A model generated the notes under the pieces. The model searched no databases, was not told the DNA's origin, and was given only the letters and a program-made list of their open reading frames with translations. The translations under genes were made by a program, and so were the position numbers. A DNA stretch of 64,000 nucleotides from Promethearchaeati archaeon SRVP18_Atabeyarchaeia-1. GTDB taxonomy: Archaea; Asgardarchaeota; Atabeyarchaeia; Atabeyarchaeales; Atabeyarchaeaceae. The stretch covers positions 1,376,001 to 1,440,000 of the forward strand of contig CP147779.1 of assembly GCA_037308085.1 (NCBI GenBank), in the 5' to 3' direction. This document shows, piece by piece, positions 48,896 to 58,672 of this stretch. Each line of letters begins with the position of its first letter. The stretch's first letter is position 1.

Positions 48896-49699
48896 CTAGC
48901 CCCCGATCTTGACCTTGAGTCCACCCGCCTTAAAACTTTCCGACAACTGTCTAAGTCTCTCATATGAGGGTGGCTCAAGATTCACCAATCGATTCTGCCG
49001 GTTCAATTTCTCATACTTGCCCTTTCCAAGCTTGTTGTAGGGAAGGAAGTCTATTTCCCGCACGGTTTTCAGACTGCCGAGGAATTTAACCATAAGGTCA
49101 ATGTTTCTCTCGGTGTCAGTAATTCCAGGAATGACTGGAAAACGGATGACAATATTCTTCTTCTCACTATCCAACTTGGTCAGATTTGACAATATCTGTC
49201 CATTGGAGACGCCAGTGTATCTTTGATGCTCTTCACCATCCATGAGCTTCAGGTCATAAAGAAAAAGATCCACCTTGTCCATGATTTTTCTCACGACATT
49301 CCAAGAGCCATAACCGCATGTCTCCAAGGCAGTGGCAATCCCAGCCTTGATAGAGGCGTCCAAAAGACCGTCGAGGAAAACGTGTTGCCCCAACGGTTCT
49401 CCTCCCGAAAACGTCACCCCTCCGCCTGATTCGTCATAGAAAACCCGATCCTTTTCGATCTCGACCATAATCTCTTCAACAGTCACCTCGCGACCAAGGA
49501 GCCTTTTGGTGCCGGTAAGAGATGATTTGCTCTTCTGCCGCATCTCAATCGCCTCCCCGAGATCCAGTTTCTGCCCTTCGGGATTCTGGCACCACCAGCA
49601 CGTCAGGGGGCAACCGCAGAGAAAGATAGTTGTACGAATTCCTGGACCATCGTGAAGGGAATACTTCTTGATGTCGAATATCAGCCCCCTATTCTTCAT
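48896..49699 (-). CDS. Glycyl-radical enzyme activating enzyme (radical SAM)
   Basis: HDGPGIRT, CPLTCWWCQNPE, GGVTFSGGEP; 6 bp upstream of hypD. Confidence 0.93.
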   Translation of the reverse strand: MKNRGLIFDIKKYSLHDGPGIRTTIFLCGCPLTCWWCQNPEGQKLDLGEAIEMRQKSKSSLTGTKRLLGREVTVEEIMVEIEKDRVFYDESGGGVTFSGGEPLGQHVFLDGLLDASIKAGIATALETCGYGSWNVVRKIMDKVDLFLYDLKLMDGEEHQRYTGVSNGQILSNLTKLDSEKKNIVIRFPVIPGITDTERNIDLMVKFLGSLKTVREIDFLPYNKLGKGKYEKLNRQNRLVNLEPPSYERLRQLSESFKAGGLKVKIGG

Positions 49700-49934
49700 C
49701 CCAGTTCATCTTCCCTCTGCCTTTCATCTGATGCACCGCGTAAATGCGCCGGCTCTGCGATTAGAAACAGTTCTTCCCCCAATAGGCCGCAGTGGACTCG
49801 CTTTTCTTGGTGATAGGCGGAATCTGACTCCTTTAGCTATCCAAAAAGTGATGATGCTAATTAACTAATACTCCAGTGAGAGATACACTCAAATAAGTCT
49901 TGGTTGATGGCATACATGGGCGAGTGACCTCACC

Positions 49935-50813
49935 ATGATTGACCTAACTCTTGCGTTAATCATTCTGGCCGTTGCTGTCGGAACGGGAGTTCTCTCTGCC
50001 ACTGTTGGTGTCGGCGGCGGCTTCATAATGGTTTCATTCATGCTCGCATACATGAGCTACACTTCGCAGCAGGCTGCTGGAACTAGCGCATTCGTCATAA
50101 TCTTCTCTGCTCTCTCATCCTCAATAGCCTATTTCAGGCAAAAGAGGATCGACTACAAGGTCGGCGTAATGGCCGCCCTTTTCTCAGTACCAGCGGCGCT
50201 CATTGGAGGCTATGTCACCAAGCTCCTTCCATCCGCGTTGATTGCCTTCCTATTCGCCATATCGCTCGTTATCGTTGGAGTAAAGATGGTTTTCTTTCCA
50301 AGAGAAAAGAACAAAGACGTCGGGCTGAAGGACAAGAAAGGAGATCTTCCAAAGGATGAAACAAAGAAGAAGGACCAGAGAGAGAAACCCCGTTCTGGAT
50401 GGACTACGAGAATCATCGACGCAGCAGGACATGAATTCACGTATCATGCCAATGTGCTCCCAGCCATCCCATTCTTCATACTAGCCGGCTTCCTATCAGG
50501 CCTCTTCGGGATAGGCGGAGGCGTCGTGATAGTCCCAGCCCTACAGATAATTGTGGGGTTGCCTCTCCACCTAGCCGTCGCCACGAGCATGTTCACGATG
50601 ATCTTCACTTCAATCTCAAGTGGAACAACCCACATAGTACTGGGCAACGTAATATTCGACTACGCGCTGCTCTTCATCATAGGCATAATCGCCGGTGCCC
50701 AGGGTGGAGCCCGCGTCGCCTGGAGAATTAAATCATCATCCATCGAAAGGGTTTTCGGCGTCACTATGCTACTAATCTCCATCTACCTGCTTTTAAAATA
50801 CAACCTACTTTAG
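49935..50813 (+). CDS. TauE/SafE (sulfite exporter) family membrane protein
   Basis: GVGGG and GIGGG repeats; A.GTS/AVATS. Confidence 0.88.
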   Translation: MIDLTLALIILAVAVGTGVLSATVGVGGGFIMVSFMLAYMSYTSQQAAGTSAFVIIFSALSSSIAYFRQKRIDYKVGVMAALFSVPAALIGGYVTKLLPSALIAFLFAISLVIVGVKMVFFPREKNKDVGLKDKKGDLPKDETKKKDQREKPRSGWTTRIIDAAGHEFTYHANVLPAIPFFILAGFLSGLFGIGGGVVIVPALQIIVGLPLHLAVATSMFTMIFTSISSGTTHIVLGNVIFDYALLFIIGIIAGAQGGARVAWRIKSSSIERVFGVTMLLISIYLLLKYNLL

Positions 50814-50835
50814 GCAACTCTCAATCGCCCATCTT

Positions 50836-53800
50836 TCACAGACATTTCGAGTAGCCACAGGAACGGCAAAGCACACATCCCTCGATGAACTCCAGCACCT
50901 CTCCACAGTCTGGGCAAACACCCGCGTAACCCTTAACTCCACCAGCCTTGGTGAAAGGCTCCGTCATGCCCGGCGACACATCATTCTTGGGCGGCTCCTT
51001 TCCAAGGTGCCTTGCCAAAGCTTTTCCAATCGCGTCAGGACATGACATTATCGTCCCATCCTGGCTTATCCTCGGAGATGCGCACCTGATGCCACCAAGC
51101 TGCTTAATAACTGAGTCCACGTCAACACCAGAGCGCAGAGCAAGCGAGATCATTCTACTCACCGCCTCAGACTGGGCCGCAGCGCATCCGCCAGCTTTTC
51201 CAATGTGGGTGAAGACCTCACATAGCCCCTTCTCATCCTGGTTTATTGTGACATAGAGGTTACCGCAACCAGTCACCATCTTGTATGTTCTTCCAGAAGT
51301 CACCTGGGGTCTGCTTCTTGGAACCAGCCTCTCTCTTACCTCCCCTTCCACCTTCTTCTCAACTTCCTCTTTCTGCTCCCTCTTCTCTTCCTTCGGTTCC
51401 TTCTGAATACCCACCGTCAAAACCTGTTCCTCCCTGCTCTTGTCCCTATAGACAGTTATTCCCTTGCACCCAAGCTTGTAAGCCAGGAGAAAAGCGCCAC
51501 GAACATCCTCAATAGACGCCGTACTCTTAAAGTTGATCGTTTTGCTCACAGCATTGTTCGTGTACCTCTGAAAAGCGGCTTGGATCCTGATGTGCCATTC
51601 GGGAGAGATATCATGTGCAGTAACAAAGTTCCTCCGAATATGCTCAGGTATTCCTGGCACCCCCTGCACTGAGCCCCTCTCCGCGATCGACTTCATCAAC
51701 TCCTCATCAAAGAAGCCCTCCTGCTTCGCAACACCCTCAAACAGCGGGTTAACCTCAGCCAGCTCAGACCTATCAAGCACATGCCTCACATAGGAAAGGG
51801 CAAAAAGCGGCTCAACGCCGGAGCTACAGCCCCCGACAATTGAGATCGTTCCCGTGGGCGCGATCGTCGTCAGAGTAGCGTTCCTCAACCTAGGACCATT
51901 CGGGTAGAACACGCTCTTATCGAAATTCGGGAAGACACCCCGCTCCCTAGCAAGCCTAACCGACGCGTCGACAGCCGCATCCCGAATATACCTCATAACC
52001 AACTCCGCAATTGCAACCGCCTCACGAGAATCATAAGGTACCCCAAGCATAATCAGCATGTCAGCAAAACCCATCACGCCCAAACCAATCTTCCGGTTAC
52101 CCAAAGTATTCCGCTCAATCTCCTTCACCGGATACCTATTCATATCAATCACATCATCAAGAAAACGAACAGCCACCCGAACAACCCTGCACAGCCTCTC
52201 ATAATCAATAACAGCAGCCCCACTCTTCTCATCAGTCGTCAAAAACCTCGACAAGTTAACAGACCCGAGGTTACAGGATTCGAAGGGCAAGAGCGGCTGC
52301 TCTCCGCAATTTGCCACGATTATTCCGCCGAGTTTCCTATTACCCTTCTTGCTGACATAATCCTTGGTGATCACAGCGAAGTTGTGATGATCATCAACAG
52401 TCAGGTTGTAGACGTCTGCGACACCGTCGTCTTCTACCGACTCGACGACATGGTTTGATTTGTCAACCGAGCTAGTCTTCCAAGATCGATAAGTATTCGA
52501 ACATGAATAAGAACAGCAAACTCGTGGCTTTGATTTGGCGTAATGTAAAGTTCCTCCGCAAACTGGACATTTGGACACAATATGACTACTTTGCCACCTT
52601 CGCTTAGCGGACTCGCTGATCTTCTTCCTTGTGGTAAGACTGCTCATAGCATTAGCCATCATAGCTTTGAAGCGCTCTTTGAATTCATCATTGGAGAATC
52701 TCTTCTTTGTCATGTCGCCAATCAGTTTCTTTGCCTGAGCAGAATGTTGTCTCTCATACATACCATTGGTTTCGCCGTAGTGTATCCCAGAGGCGAGTAA
52801 CTTCTCCTTGACTGAAGGTATTCTATGATATGGGTTGTTAAGACCCTTCATTCTGTCTCCGTGTAATGCACCGTGATGCTCAGCAGTCATCACTTCCAAA
52901 TTGCCCCAACTATTATTCAGAGTATCAAAGTCTCTGTGGTGCACTACCTCACAAGTATCGAGAGGTCTTCCCAAGAGATACTCCGCGATTAGCTTGTGTT
53001 CCCCCCTGTGATAAACTCCCTTGTTCTGATGAACGCTCCAATACTTTCTATTCTTTCCTTTTTCGCGATATTGGATCTTGTAGAAGGGCATAATTCTATC
53101 GCCTGGCTTCAATTCGCCAGCAGTCTTGTAGCTTCCGTTCCTAAGCATGACTCTGTGATGGCTTGTCAGTCTGATCTTGTCGCCGTCAGTAAATACAACT
53201 TTCACTATTCTTGCGTTCCTTCCTGTTCTTCTTGGGTGTCTTGCCATCTTCACTACGACATTATCACCAGACCAAGCGTAGACTGGAACATCGCTCCCAG
53301 CTCTGGCCAAATCGGCGATTTTCACGAAGTCTCTGCCATCAGCAACAGCAACTAGGCTATCTCCTGTGATGCATGGGTTTGTGCTTTCTATTTCGCCTAG
53401 GGCTGGCGTTGGGTTTGCTTCGTTTACGCGGTCGATGAAGATGATGCCTGGCTCTCCGCTCCTCCAGGCCATTTCGGCTATGAGGTCGAATACCTGCCTT
53501 GCGTGGAGTTTCTCGACGGTCATCTTGGTTCTCGGGTTTACCATCTCGTATTCCTGGTCGTTTTCGGCTGCCTCCATGAACTTGTCGGTTACCGCCACCG
53601 ACAGGTTGAAGTTGGTCAGCTCCGCTTGGTTCTCCTTGGCTGCTATGAAGTCCAGTATGTCCGGGTGGTCTACCCGGAGGATCGCCATGCTTGCGCCACG
53701 TCTCGTACCGCCTTGTTTTATGGCTTCGGTTGCGGCGTTGAAGACCTTCATGAAGGATACGGGTCCGCTTGATACTCCCATGGTTGACTTGACGAGGTCG

Positions 53801-55485
53801 TTCTTGGGTCTCAGTCTTGAGAAGGAGAAACCCGTGCCACCACCACTTTTTTGGATTAGCGCGGTCAGTTTGAGCGTCTCGAATATTCCTTCCAGCGAGT
53901 CCTCGACAGGCAGTACGAAACAGGCCGACAACTGCTGCAGTTCCTTGCCGGCGTTCATCAGCGTCGGAGAATTGTGGGTGACGAAGCCTGATGCTATATA
54001 CGTGTTTCCCGAGGGTACGAACAGGTCGCCCGTCTTGGCTTTTATGCGTTCCACCTTTACTATCTTTTCGAAAAGTTGGTTCTTGTGGACGCTGAGGTTT
54101 GTCAGGAAGGAACTGAACTCTGGATACTCTTGGGTATATCTTTCGAGCGTCCTGTACGACACTCTCTTGTTCCAGCATATGTTAGAAGCTACGCGTCGGT
54201 AAAGGGCGAAGTTCCTGCTACTCGACTTGTACCACTTACTGAATCTATGCCATAGATTCGGTATCCTTACGGAGTAATGACCCTTCTGGGGTATGTCAAT
54301 TGCTGTCTTCTTTCTTGATATGAATCCAACGTTCTGCTTCCAAAGGATTACATCTTCATAGTTGGGGATGGTTATTCTGTAACCTTTACTCAGTTTCCCG
54401 AAAGATGATCTGTATTTTCCCTTCGCTTTTGTAGAATTTATGCCCAGGCCTAGAAGAAGAAGCTGCAATTGGCTGGCCAGTTTCTCGGAGCAGGTGAACA
54501 ACTCTATGATTCTTTTCGATCGAGATATAGATGCATCTGCTTCAAACAATCCTCTAAGGAAAGAACACACCATTTCTCGATTTGAATCGAGTATCTTCTG
54601 AGGAACTGAAAGTTCTTCTTTCCCGAATCCGTTTTTGCAAAATGATTGCGCCAAGTTCACTGAACTCAGAGAGAATTCTACGCCACCTTTGGCCTTCGAA
54701 CATGTCGCATTGACCCCAAATTGCTCTTGCGCGATCCTAGTGAAGTGCTCGATTAGATCTAGTGAATCGTTGTCAATAAAGCATCTGATCCTTCTTTGAT
54801 CGACAGCACCATCGCCATAGACGTAACCAGCAAACTCGGCTATATCGCGAGTCAGATAGGACGGAAAGCTGGTCTTGGAAGGTGGTCTCCCACGCACATT
54901 CTTTGCGGCTGAAGCGTCCAATTCCGCGACTTTTGAAGAACGTAGGAAATCTCTCTGCAGTACGAGGTAATCATCCCTTCCAATATCCTTTAGTTGTCTC
55001 CAAGCATATTCTCCATCTGAATCAATTACTCTAAAGAAGTGTTCAGGTGTGGACACTATTGAGTGCCCGCCAACAGTCGTTATCTTCCATGCATCTTTCA
55101 GCCCATTACTGTAGAATTTCTGAATGGAAGAAGTACCATTGTCAGTAGAGACATTCAACGGCAGCTGGTGGTTTCCTATTCGTTCCAATGTCAAGAGCCC
55201 TTCGTCTGTGGGTATGAGTGTATCGACTGCGATGCAATTTGGAATGAATTCTAGTTTGCTCATGGCTTCATAGAACTTGTCTTCGATCTTCTTTGTGTCG
55301 GCTTGTGGGTTGTATTTGGTTTCTGCTTGGGCTACGTTGTGGGCTACTCTTCTGAACATGCCTTCTGGTGTCTCGATTACTTTTCCGGTGTCGTCCTTGC
55401 TTAGGTATCTTTTTTCCAGTACTTTCATGGCGTTCTTGGTTAGTTTGAGTTCGGTTGGCGTGCTGGTTGATTGGTCTTCGGTCAT
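50836..55485 (-). CDS. nrdJ: Adenosylcobalamin-dependent (class II) ribonucleotide reductase with two inteins (about 772 aa after splicing)
   Basis: PN|SPTLMN, QLSACF, QGGTRRGA, TNP|CGEQ, TIAPTGT, C-terminal TSCPD-like SCPD and Zn ribbon. Confidence 0.95.
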   Translation of the reverse strand: MTEDQSTSTPTELKLTKNAMKVLEKRYLSKDDTGKVIETPEGMFRRVAHNVAQAETKYNPQADTKKIEDKFYEAMSKLEFIPNCIAVDTLIPTDEGLLTLERIGNHQLPLNVSTDNGTSSIQKFYSNGLKDAWKITTVGGHSIVSTPEHFFRVIDSDGEYAWRQLKDIGRDDYLVLQRDFLRSSKVAELDASAAKNVRGRPPSKTSFPSYLTRDIAEFAGYVYGDGAVDQRRIRCFIDNDSLDLIEHFTRIAQEQFGVNATCSKAKGGVEFSLSSVNLAQSFCKNGFGKEELSVPQKILDSNREMVCSFLRGLFEADASISRSKRIIELFTCSEKLASQLQLLLLGLGINSTKAKGKYRSSFGKLSKGYRITIPNYEDVILWKQNVGFISRKKTAIDIPQKGHYSVRIPNLWHRFSKWYKSSSRNFALYRRVASNICWNKRVSYRTLERYTQEYPEFSSFLTNLSVHKNQLFEKIVKVERIKAKTGDLFVPSGNTYIASGFVTHNSPTLMNAGKELQQLSACFVLPVEDSLEGIFETLKLTALIQKSGGGTGFSFSRLRPKNDLVKSTMGVSSGPVSFMKVFNAATEAIKQGGTRRGASMAILRVDHPDILDFIAAKENQAELTNFNLSVAVTDKFMEAAENDQEYEMVNPRTKMTVEKLHARQVFDLIAEMAWRSGEPGIIFIDRVNEANPTPALGEIESTNPCITGDSLVAVADGRDFVKIADLARAGSDVPVYAWSGDNVVVKMARHPRRTGRNARIVKVVFTDGDKIRLTSHHRVMLRNGSYKTAGELKPGDRIMPFYKIQYREKGKNRKYWSVHQNKGVYHRGEHKLIAEYLLGRPLDTCEVVHHRDFDTLNNSWGNLEVMTAEHHGALHGDRMKGLNNPYHRIPSVKEKLLASGIHYGETNGMYERQHSAQAKKLIGDMTKKRFSNDEFKERFKAMMANAMSSLTTRKKISESAKRRWQSSHIVSKCPVCGGTLHYAKSKPRVCCSYSCSNTYRSWKTSSVDKSNHVVESVEDDGVADVYNLTVDDHHNFAVITKDYVSKKGNRKLGGIIVANCGEQPLLPFESCNLGSVNLSRFLTTDEKSGAAVIDYERLCRVVRVAVRFLDDVIDMNRYPVKEIERNTLGNRKIGLGVMGFADMLIMLGVPYDSREAVAIAELVMRYIRDAAVDASVRLARERGVFPNFDKSVFYPNGPRLRNATLTTIAPTGTISIVGGCSSGVEPLFALSYVRHVLDRSELAEVNPLFEGVAKQEGFFDEELMKSIAERGSVQGVPGIPEHIRRNFVTAHDISPEWHIRIQAAFQRYTNNAVSKTINFKSTASIEDVRGAFLLAYKLGCKGITVYRDKSREEQVLTVGIQKEPKEEKREQKEEVEKKVEGEVRERLVPRSRPQVTSGRTYKMVTGCGNLYVTINQDEKGLCEVFTHIGKAGGCAAAQSEAVSRMISLALRSGVDVDSVIKQLGGIRCASPRISQDGTIMSCPDAIGKALARHLGKEPPKNDVSPGMTEPFTKAGGVKGYAGVCPDCGEVLEFIEGCVLCRSCGYSKCL
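52309..53373 (-). mobile_element. Intein 2 in nrdJ (355 aa) with HNH endonuclease
   Basis: Starts CITGDSLV and ends IIVAN before C-G-E-Q; block B LTSHHRV; EHKLIAE...VVHHRDFDTLNN..NL...H. Confidence 0.93.
53971..55236 (-). mobile_element. Intein 1 in nrdJ (422 aa) with LAGLIDADG endonuclease
   Basis: Starts CIAVDTLI and ends FVTHN before Ser; STPEHFF; FAGYVYGDG and FLRGLFEADA. Confidence 0.95.
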
Positions 55486-55704
55486 TTGTTTTGGCCCCCT
55501 CTTACAGGTTACTCATGGGTGTGGGAGGTCGGAATATGATCTTGTTCTTCTCTGGGAGATACTGATATTGTGGTGCATGGATAAGAAGATTTTTCTCATC
55601 TCCCAAGAAGTGTGTTGCTTCGTTCCGACAAATAAATTCATAAGTCTCCTCAATGCTCTCATTTGCATCAAGTAAATAGATAGACGTGGATAAAGAGGAG
55701 AGGT

Positions 55705-56313
55705 TTGCTGTTGAAGATAACTTGGTTGAGCCATTCCTGCTTTGAGTTCAAGTTGCCGAGTAAGACGATATTGGTTGACCCGTTCTTTTCGGGCAATAGC
55801 CTTGCGCCATCGTATAATGGGAAGCCAGACTTGGTTTTCGTTACTCACAGTCACTTTGACCATGCTGATGCTAAGAAGTTCGATTGCACCGTCGTCTGTC
55901 CCTCGACCTGCAAGTTCAAGAAGACTCTGATCATGAAGGTTGGGGACAAGAGGAATGTTGAGGGAGTCGACGTTGAGATGATTTCGGCGAGCCACCACCA
56001 AGATTCTTATCCAACTGGCTACATTTTTGAGCTGGAGGGTAAGAGGATTGCCCACTTGGGGGATACCTATATTGATGGCGTCAAGAAGTTGCCCAATATT
56101 GATCTTCTGCTGCTCCCTATCGGTGGATTCTTCACTATGACCATTGACGAAGCTGTGAAGGCTTTGGAGATTATCTCTCCGAAGCTCGCGATACCGATGC
56201 ATTACAACACGTTGCCCCAGATCAAGGCCGATCCCAGCGACTTCAAACAGAAGGCAGAAAAGAAGGGATTCAAAGTCAGGGTTCTCAAAATAGGCGAGAC
56301 GATAGAATACTGA
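55705..56313 (+). CDS. Metal-dependent hydrolase, MBL fold (UPF0173-like)
   Basis: WLSHSCF, VDPF, THSHFDH, HLGDT, LPIGG.FTM, IPMHYNT. Confidence 0.9.
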   Translation: MLLKITWLSHSCFEFKLPSKTILVDPFFSGNSLAPSYNGKPDLVFVTHSHFDHADAKKFDCTVVCPSTCKFKKTLIMKVGDKRNVEGVDVEMISASHHQDSYPTGYIFELEGKRIAHLGDTYIDGVKKLPNIDLLLLPIGGFFTMTIDEAVKALEIISPKLAIPMHYNTLPQIKADPSDFKQKAEKKGFKVRVLKIGETIEY

Positions 56314-56346
56314 AAAAGGGTGATGTGGGGGTCCGGTGGAGTCTCG

Positions 56347-57690
56347 CTAGAAAGTCTCAAGGTATCTTGCTCGTTCCCATTCGGTTATCGTCATTGGATC
56401 CCATGTGGGGTATTCCCTGCAGTACTCGTTCCATTCCTTTTTCTTTGCTTCGATGTACCTCCCAGCAGCTTCGTGACCAAGTACATTGAGGATGAGTGGA
56501 TCGTGTTCCATCTCTGTGATGGCTTCGCCTAGGGTTCCTGGTATGTGGTCGTATTTGCCTATTTGCTCGAATGTGTTCTCGGTGCAGGGTTCGCCTGCCT
56601 CGATTCCCTCTTCTATTCCTTGGAGTCCTGCTGTGAGTATGCATGCTTTGACCAGGTATGGGTTGCATTTTGGGTCAGGCATTCTGACTTCTACCCGGGC
56701 GGCCTTCCTGCTGTTGAAGTAGGGCACTCGTACCAGAGCAGACCTGTTGATGAACCCCCATGCTAGGTACACGGGTGCCTCGTATCCCGGTACAAGTCTC
56801 TTGTAAGAGTTCACGGTTGGTGCTGCGAGTGCAGCCATCCCCTTTGCATGCGTGAGTACGCCGGCTATGAATTGCCTTGCAGTTTTTGACAGCCTTTCCT
56901 TGTCGTCGTAGAAGATGTTCGTCCCGTCCTTTGCTCCTCTGAGGGACATGTGCATGTGCATGCCTGAGCCGTTGATTCCGACGAAGGGTTTGGGCATGTA
57001 GGTGACCTTAATCCCTTGGTGGGCGACGATGTTGCTTGCGACATACCTGAACGTCATGACGTTATCAGCGGTCGTCAATGCATCATTATAGCGGAGGGAG
57101 ATCTCGTATTGGCCAGTGGCAACTTCATGGTGGAGGTACTCCCCCTGTAATCCAAGTTTGCTCATGGCCTCTAGGATGTCTCTTCTCAGGTGCGCACCGC
57201 CGTCGATTGGGGGAGGGGAGAAGTAGCCTACTTGGTCCAGGGGCTTGCCGTCGCGCAGCATGAAGAACTCCATCTCGGCGCTCGTGAGATAGTCGTAACC
57301 CGTTTCCTTGGCTTTGGCGACAGCCTTCTTCAGGATGTACCTTGGGCTTGTCTCCAGCTCCTTTTCGGCCCTGAACCCCTCGACCGTGTCGCTGGGGTTG
57401 TAGATGTCGCATAGCGCTCGCCCGGCTTCAGTCGAGTTCCATGGTACGTTGAAGTAGCTCTCCATCAATGGTTTGAGAAGTATGTCGCTCCTCTCTATCG
57501 GGGCAAGTCCAACAGATGAGCCGTCGACACCTTTTCCTATCTCAAGGGCTTCCTTGAATCGCGAGAACTCAAGATCGATTGACTTTAGCTCGCCCAGAAG
57601 TGTGGTGAATTGCAGCTCAACAATAAGCGGATTCTTACCTGAATTCGAAAACTTCTTCATAATCTGCTCCCCGATGGGTAAATTCATCAA
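56347..57690 (-). CDS. glnA: Glutamine synthetase type I (start may be ATG 57660)
   Basis: DGSSV, EMEFF, HHEVATGQYE, MPKP..GINGSGMH, SYKRLVPGYEAP, NRSALVRVP, RVEVR.PD. Confidence 0.92.
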   Translation of the reverse strand: MMNLPIGEQIMKKFSNSGKNPLIVELQFTTLLGELKSIDLEFSRFKEALEIGKGVDGSSVGLAPIERSDILLKPLMESYFNVPWNSTEAGRALCDIYNPSDTVEGFRAEKELETSPRYILKKAVAKAKETGYDYLTSAEMEFFMLRDGKPLDQVGYFSPPPIDGGAHLRRDILEAMSKLGLQGEYLHHEVATGQYEISLRYNDALTTADNVMTFRYVASNIVAHQGIKVTYMPKPFVGINGSGMHMHMSLRGAKDGTNIFYDDKERLSKTARQFIAGVLTHAKGMAALAAPTVNSYKRLVPGYEAPVYLAWGFINRSALVRVPYFNSRKAARVEVRMPDPKCNPYLVKACILTAGLQGIEEGIEAGEPCTENTFEQIGKYDHIPGTLGEAITEMEHDPLILNVLGHEAAGRYIEAKKKEWNEYCREYPTWDPMTITEWERARYLETF

Positions 57691-57947
57691 CGCACTAAAT
57701 CATGCGCTATACAGATATATACCTTATCGCATGATATGTATACAAAATAGAGGAAAGAGACTTAAAAAGCGGACAAATGTATGGCGCAACTCCTCTCTGG
57801 TAGGTAGGGACTCTACAGATGTACATCACATTCTATTATCGCATTCCAATCCTTCAATGCGAGGCGGCCGGAGCGGTAGTTGCCGGTACGTTGTCTTGAA
57901 AGGAGGGTTTAGACACGGGGAAGAAACTTGGGAGGGAAGTTGGGGAG

Positions 57948-58535
57948 ATTCATGAGCTTGGACTCAAGAGGACCAAAGAAGATTCCAAGAGGGAGATCGG
58001 GGCAGGGAATGAGACCTCAGAGAGGACAATCGACCTCGACGAGATAGACAGTAAGATCGTATCAGCGTATCTGAGGGACTCTCGCCTTGCCAGTAGAGAA
58101 GTTGCAAAAGCTGCAGGGGTATCGGCTGCTACCGTCATCGCAAGAACTCGCCGCTTGGAAGATCAAGGAGTCATCAAAGGCTATTCAGCAATCATCGATC
58201 ACGAGAGAATAGGCTATCAGTTAACAGTAGTGACCGAGGTCACAGCCTCGCAAGGAAAACTCGTGGAAATAGAGAAGGAGGCCGCTCGCCTGCCCAACGT
58301 ATGCGCCGTATATGACGTCACTGGAGCAACAGACTTCATGATAGTTGCCAAGTTCAGAAATAGACAGGAACTCAGTGGCTTCACAAAGAGGCTGCTTTCA
58401 ATGCCCTATGTGGAAAGAACCAATACCCATGTGGTTCTGACAACGGTGAAGGAGGACTTCAGGTTTCCACTTCTTCAAGGAAGACAGTCTACCGCTTATC
58501 CCGTTCAATCGATATTAAGCGAAACCAGAGCCTGA
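57948..58535 (+). CDS. Lrp/AsnC family transcriptional regulator (start uncertain, no canonical start before the HTH)
   Basis: In frame upstream of the tracked ORF: IDLDEIDSKIVSAYLRDSRLASREVAKAAGVSAATVIARTRRLEDQGVIKGY; RAM domain VYDVTGATDF. Confidence 0.85.
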   Translation: MHELGLKRTKEDSKREIGAGNETSERTIDLDEIDSKIVSAYLRDSRLASREVAKAAGVSAATVIARTRRLEDQGVIKGYSAIIDHERIGYQLTVVTEVTASQGKLVEIEKEAARLPNVCAVYDVTGATDFMIVAKFRNRQELSGFTKRLLSMPYVERTNTHVVLTTVKEDFRFPLLQGRQSTAYPVQSILSETRA

Positions 58536-58592
58536 CGCTCAGATGCCTTGTGAAACCTGATAGTGGGCGGCGGCAAGAAAGGCAATCGATAT

Positions 58593-58620
58593 AACTGGGA
58601 AACTCCCAACATTCCCAGTT
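58593..58620. promoter_or_regulatory. Inverted repeat AACTGGGAA-N10-TTCCCAGTT at a TATA-like box
   Basis: Perfect 9-bp arms starting at the 3' edge of GATATAA (58588-58594), upstream of the 58673 gene. Confidence 0.45.
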
Positions 58621-58672
58621 GATGATGTAGCTAGAAATCAAGAGTCGCAAAGGATTTCAAGGGTGAAATCGC

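Noticed and set aside
53357-54202. Long alternative ORFs (273 aa minus, 278 aa plus) inside nrdJ
   Set aside because: Shadow frames arising from biased third-position composition; no motifs.
57753-57766. NrpR-like box upstream of glnA (GGAA-N6-TTAA)
   Set aside because: Two mismatches to GGAA-N6-TTCC, and it overlaps an AT-rich promoter element.
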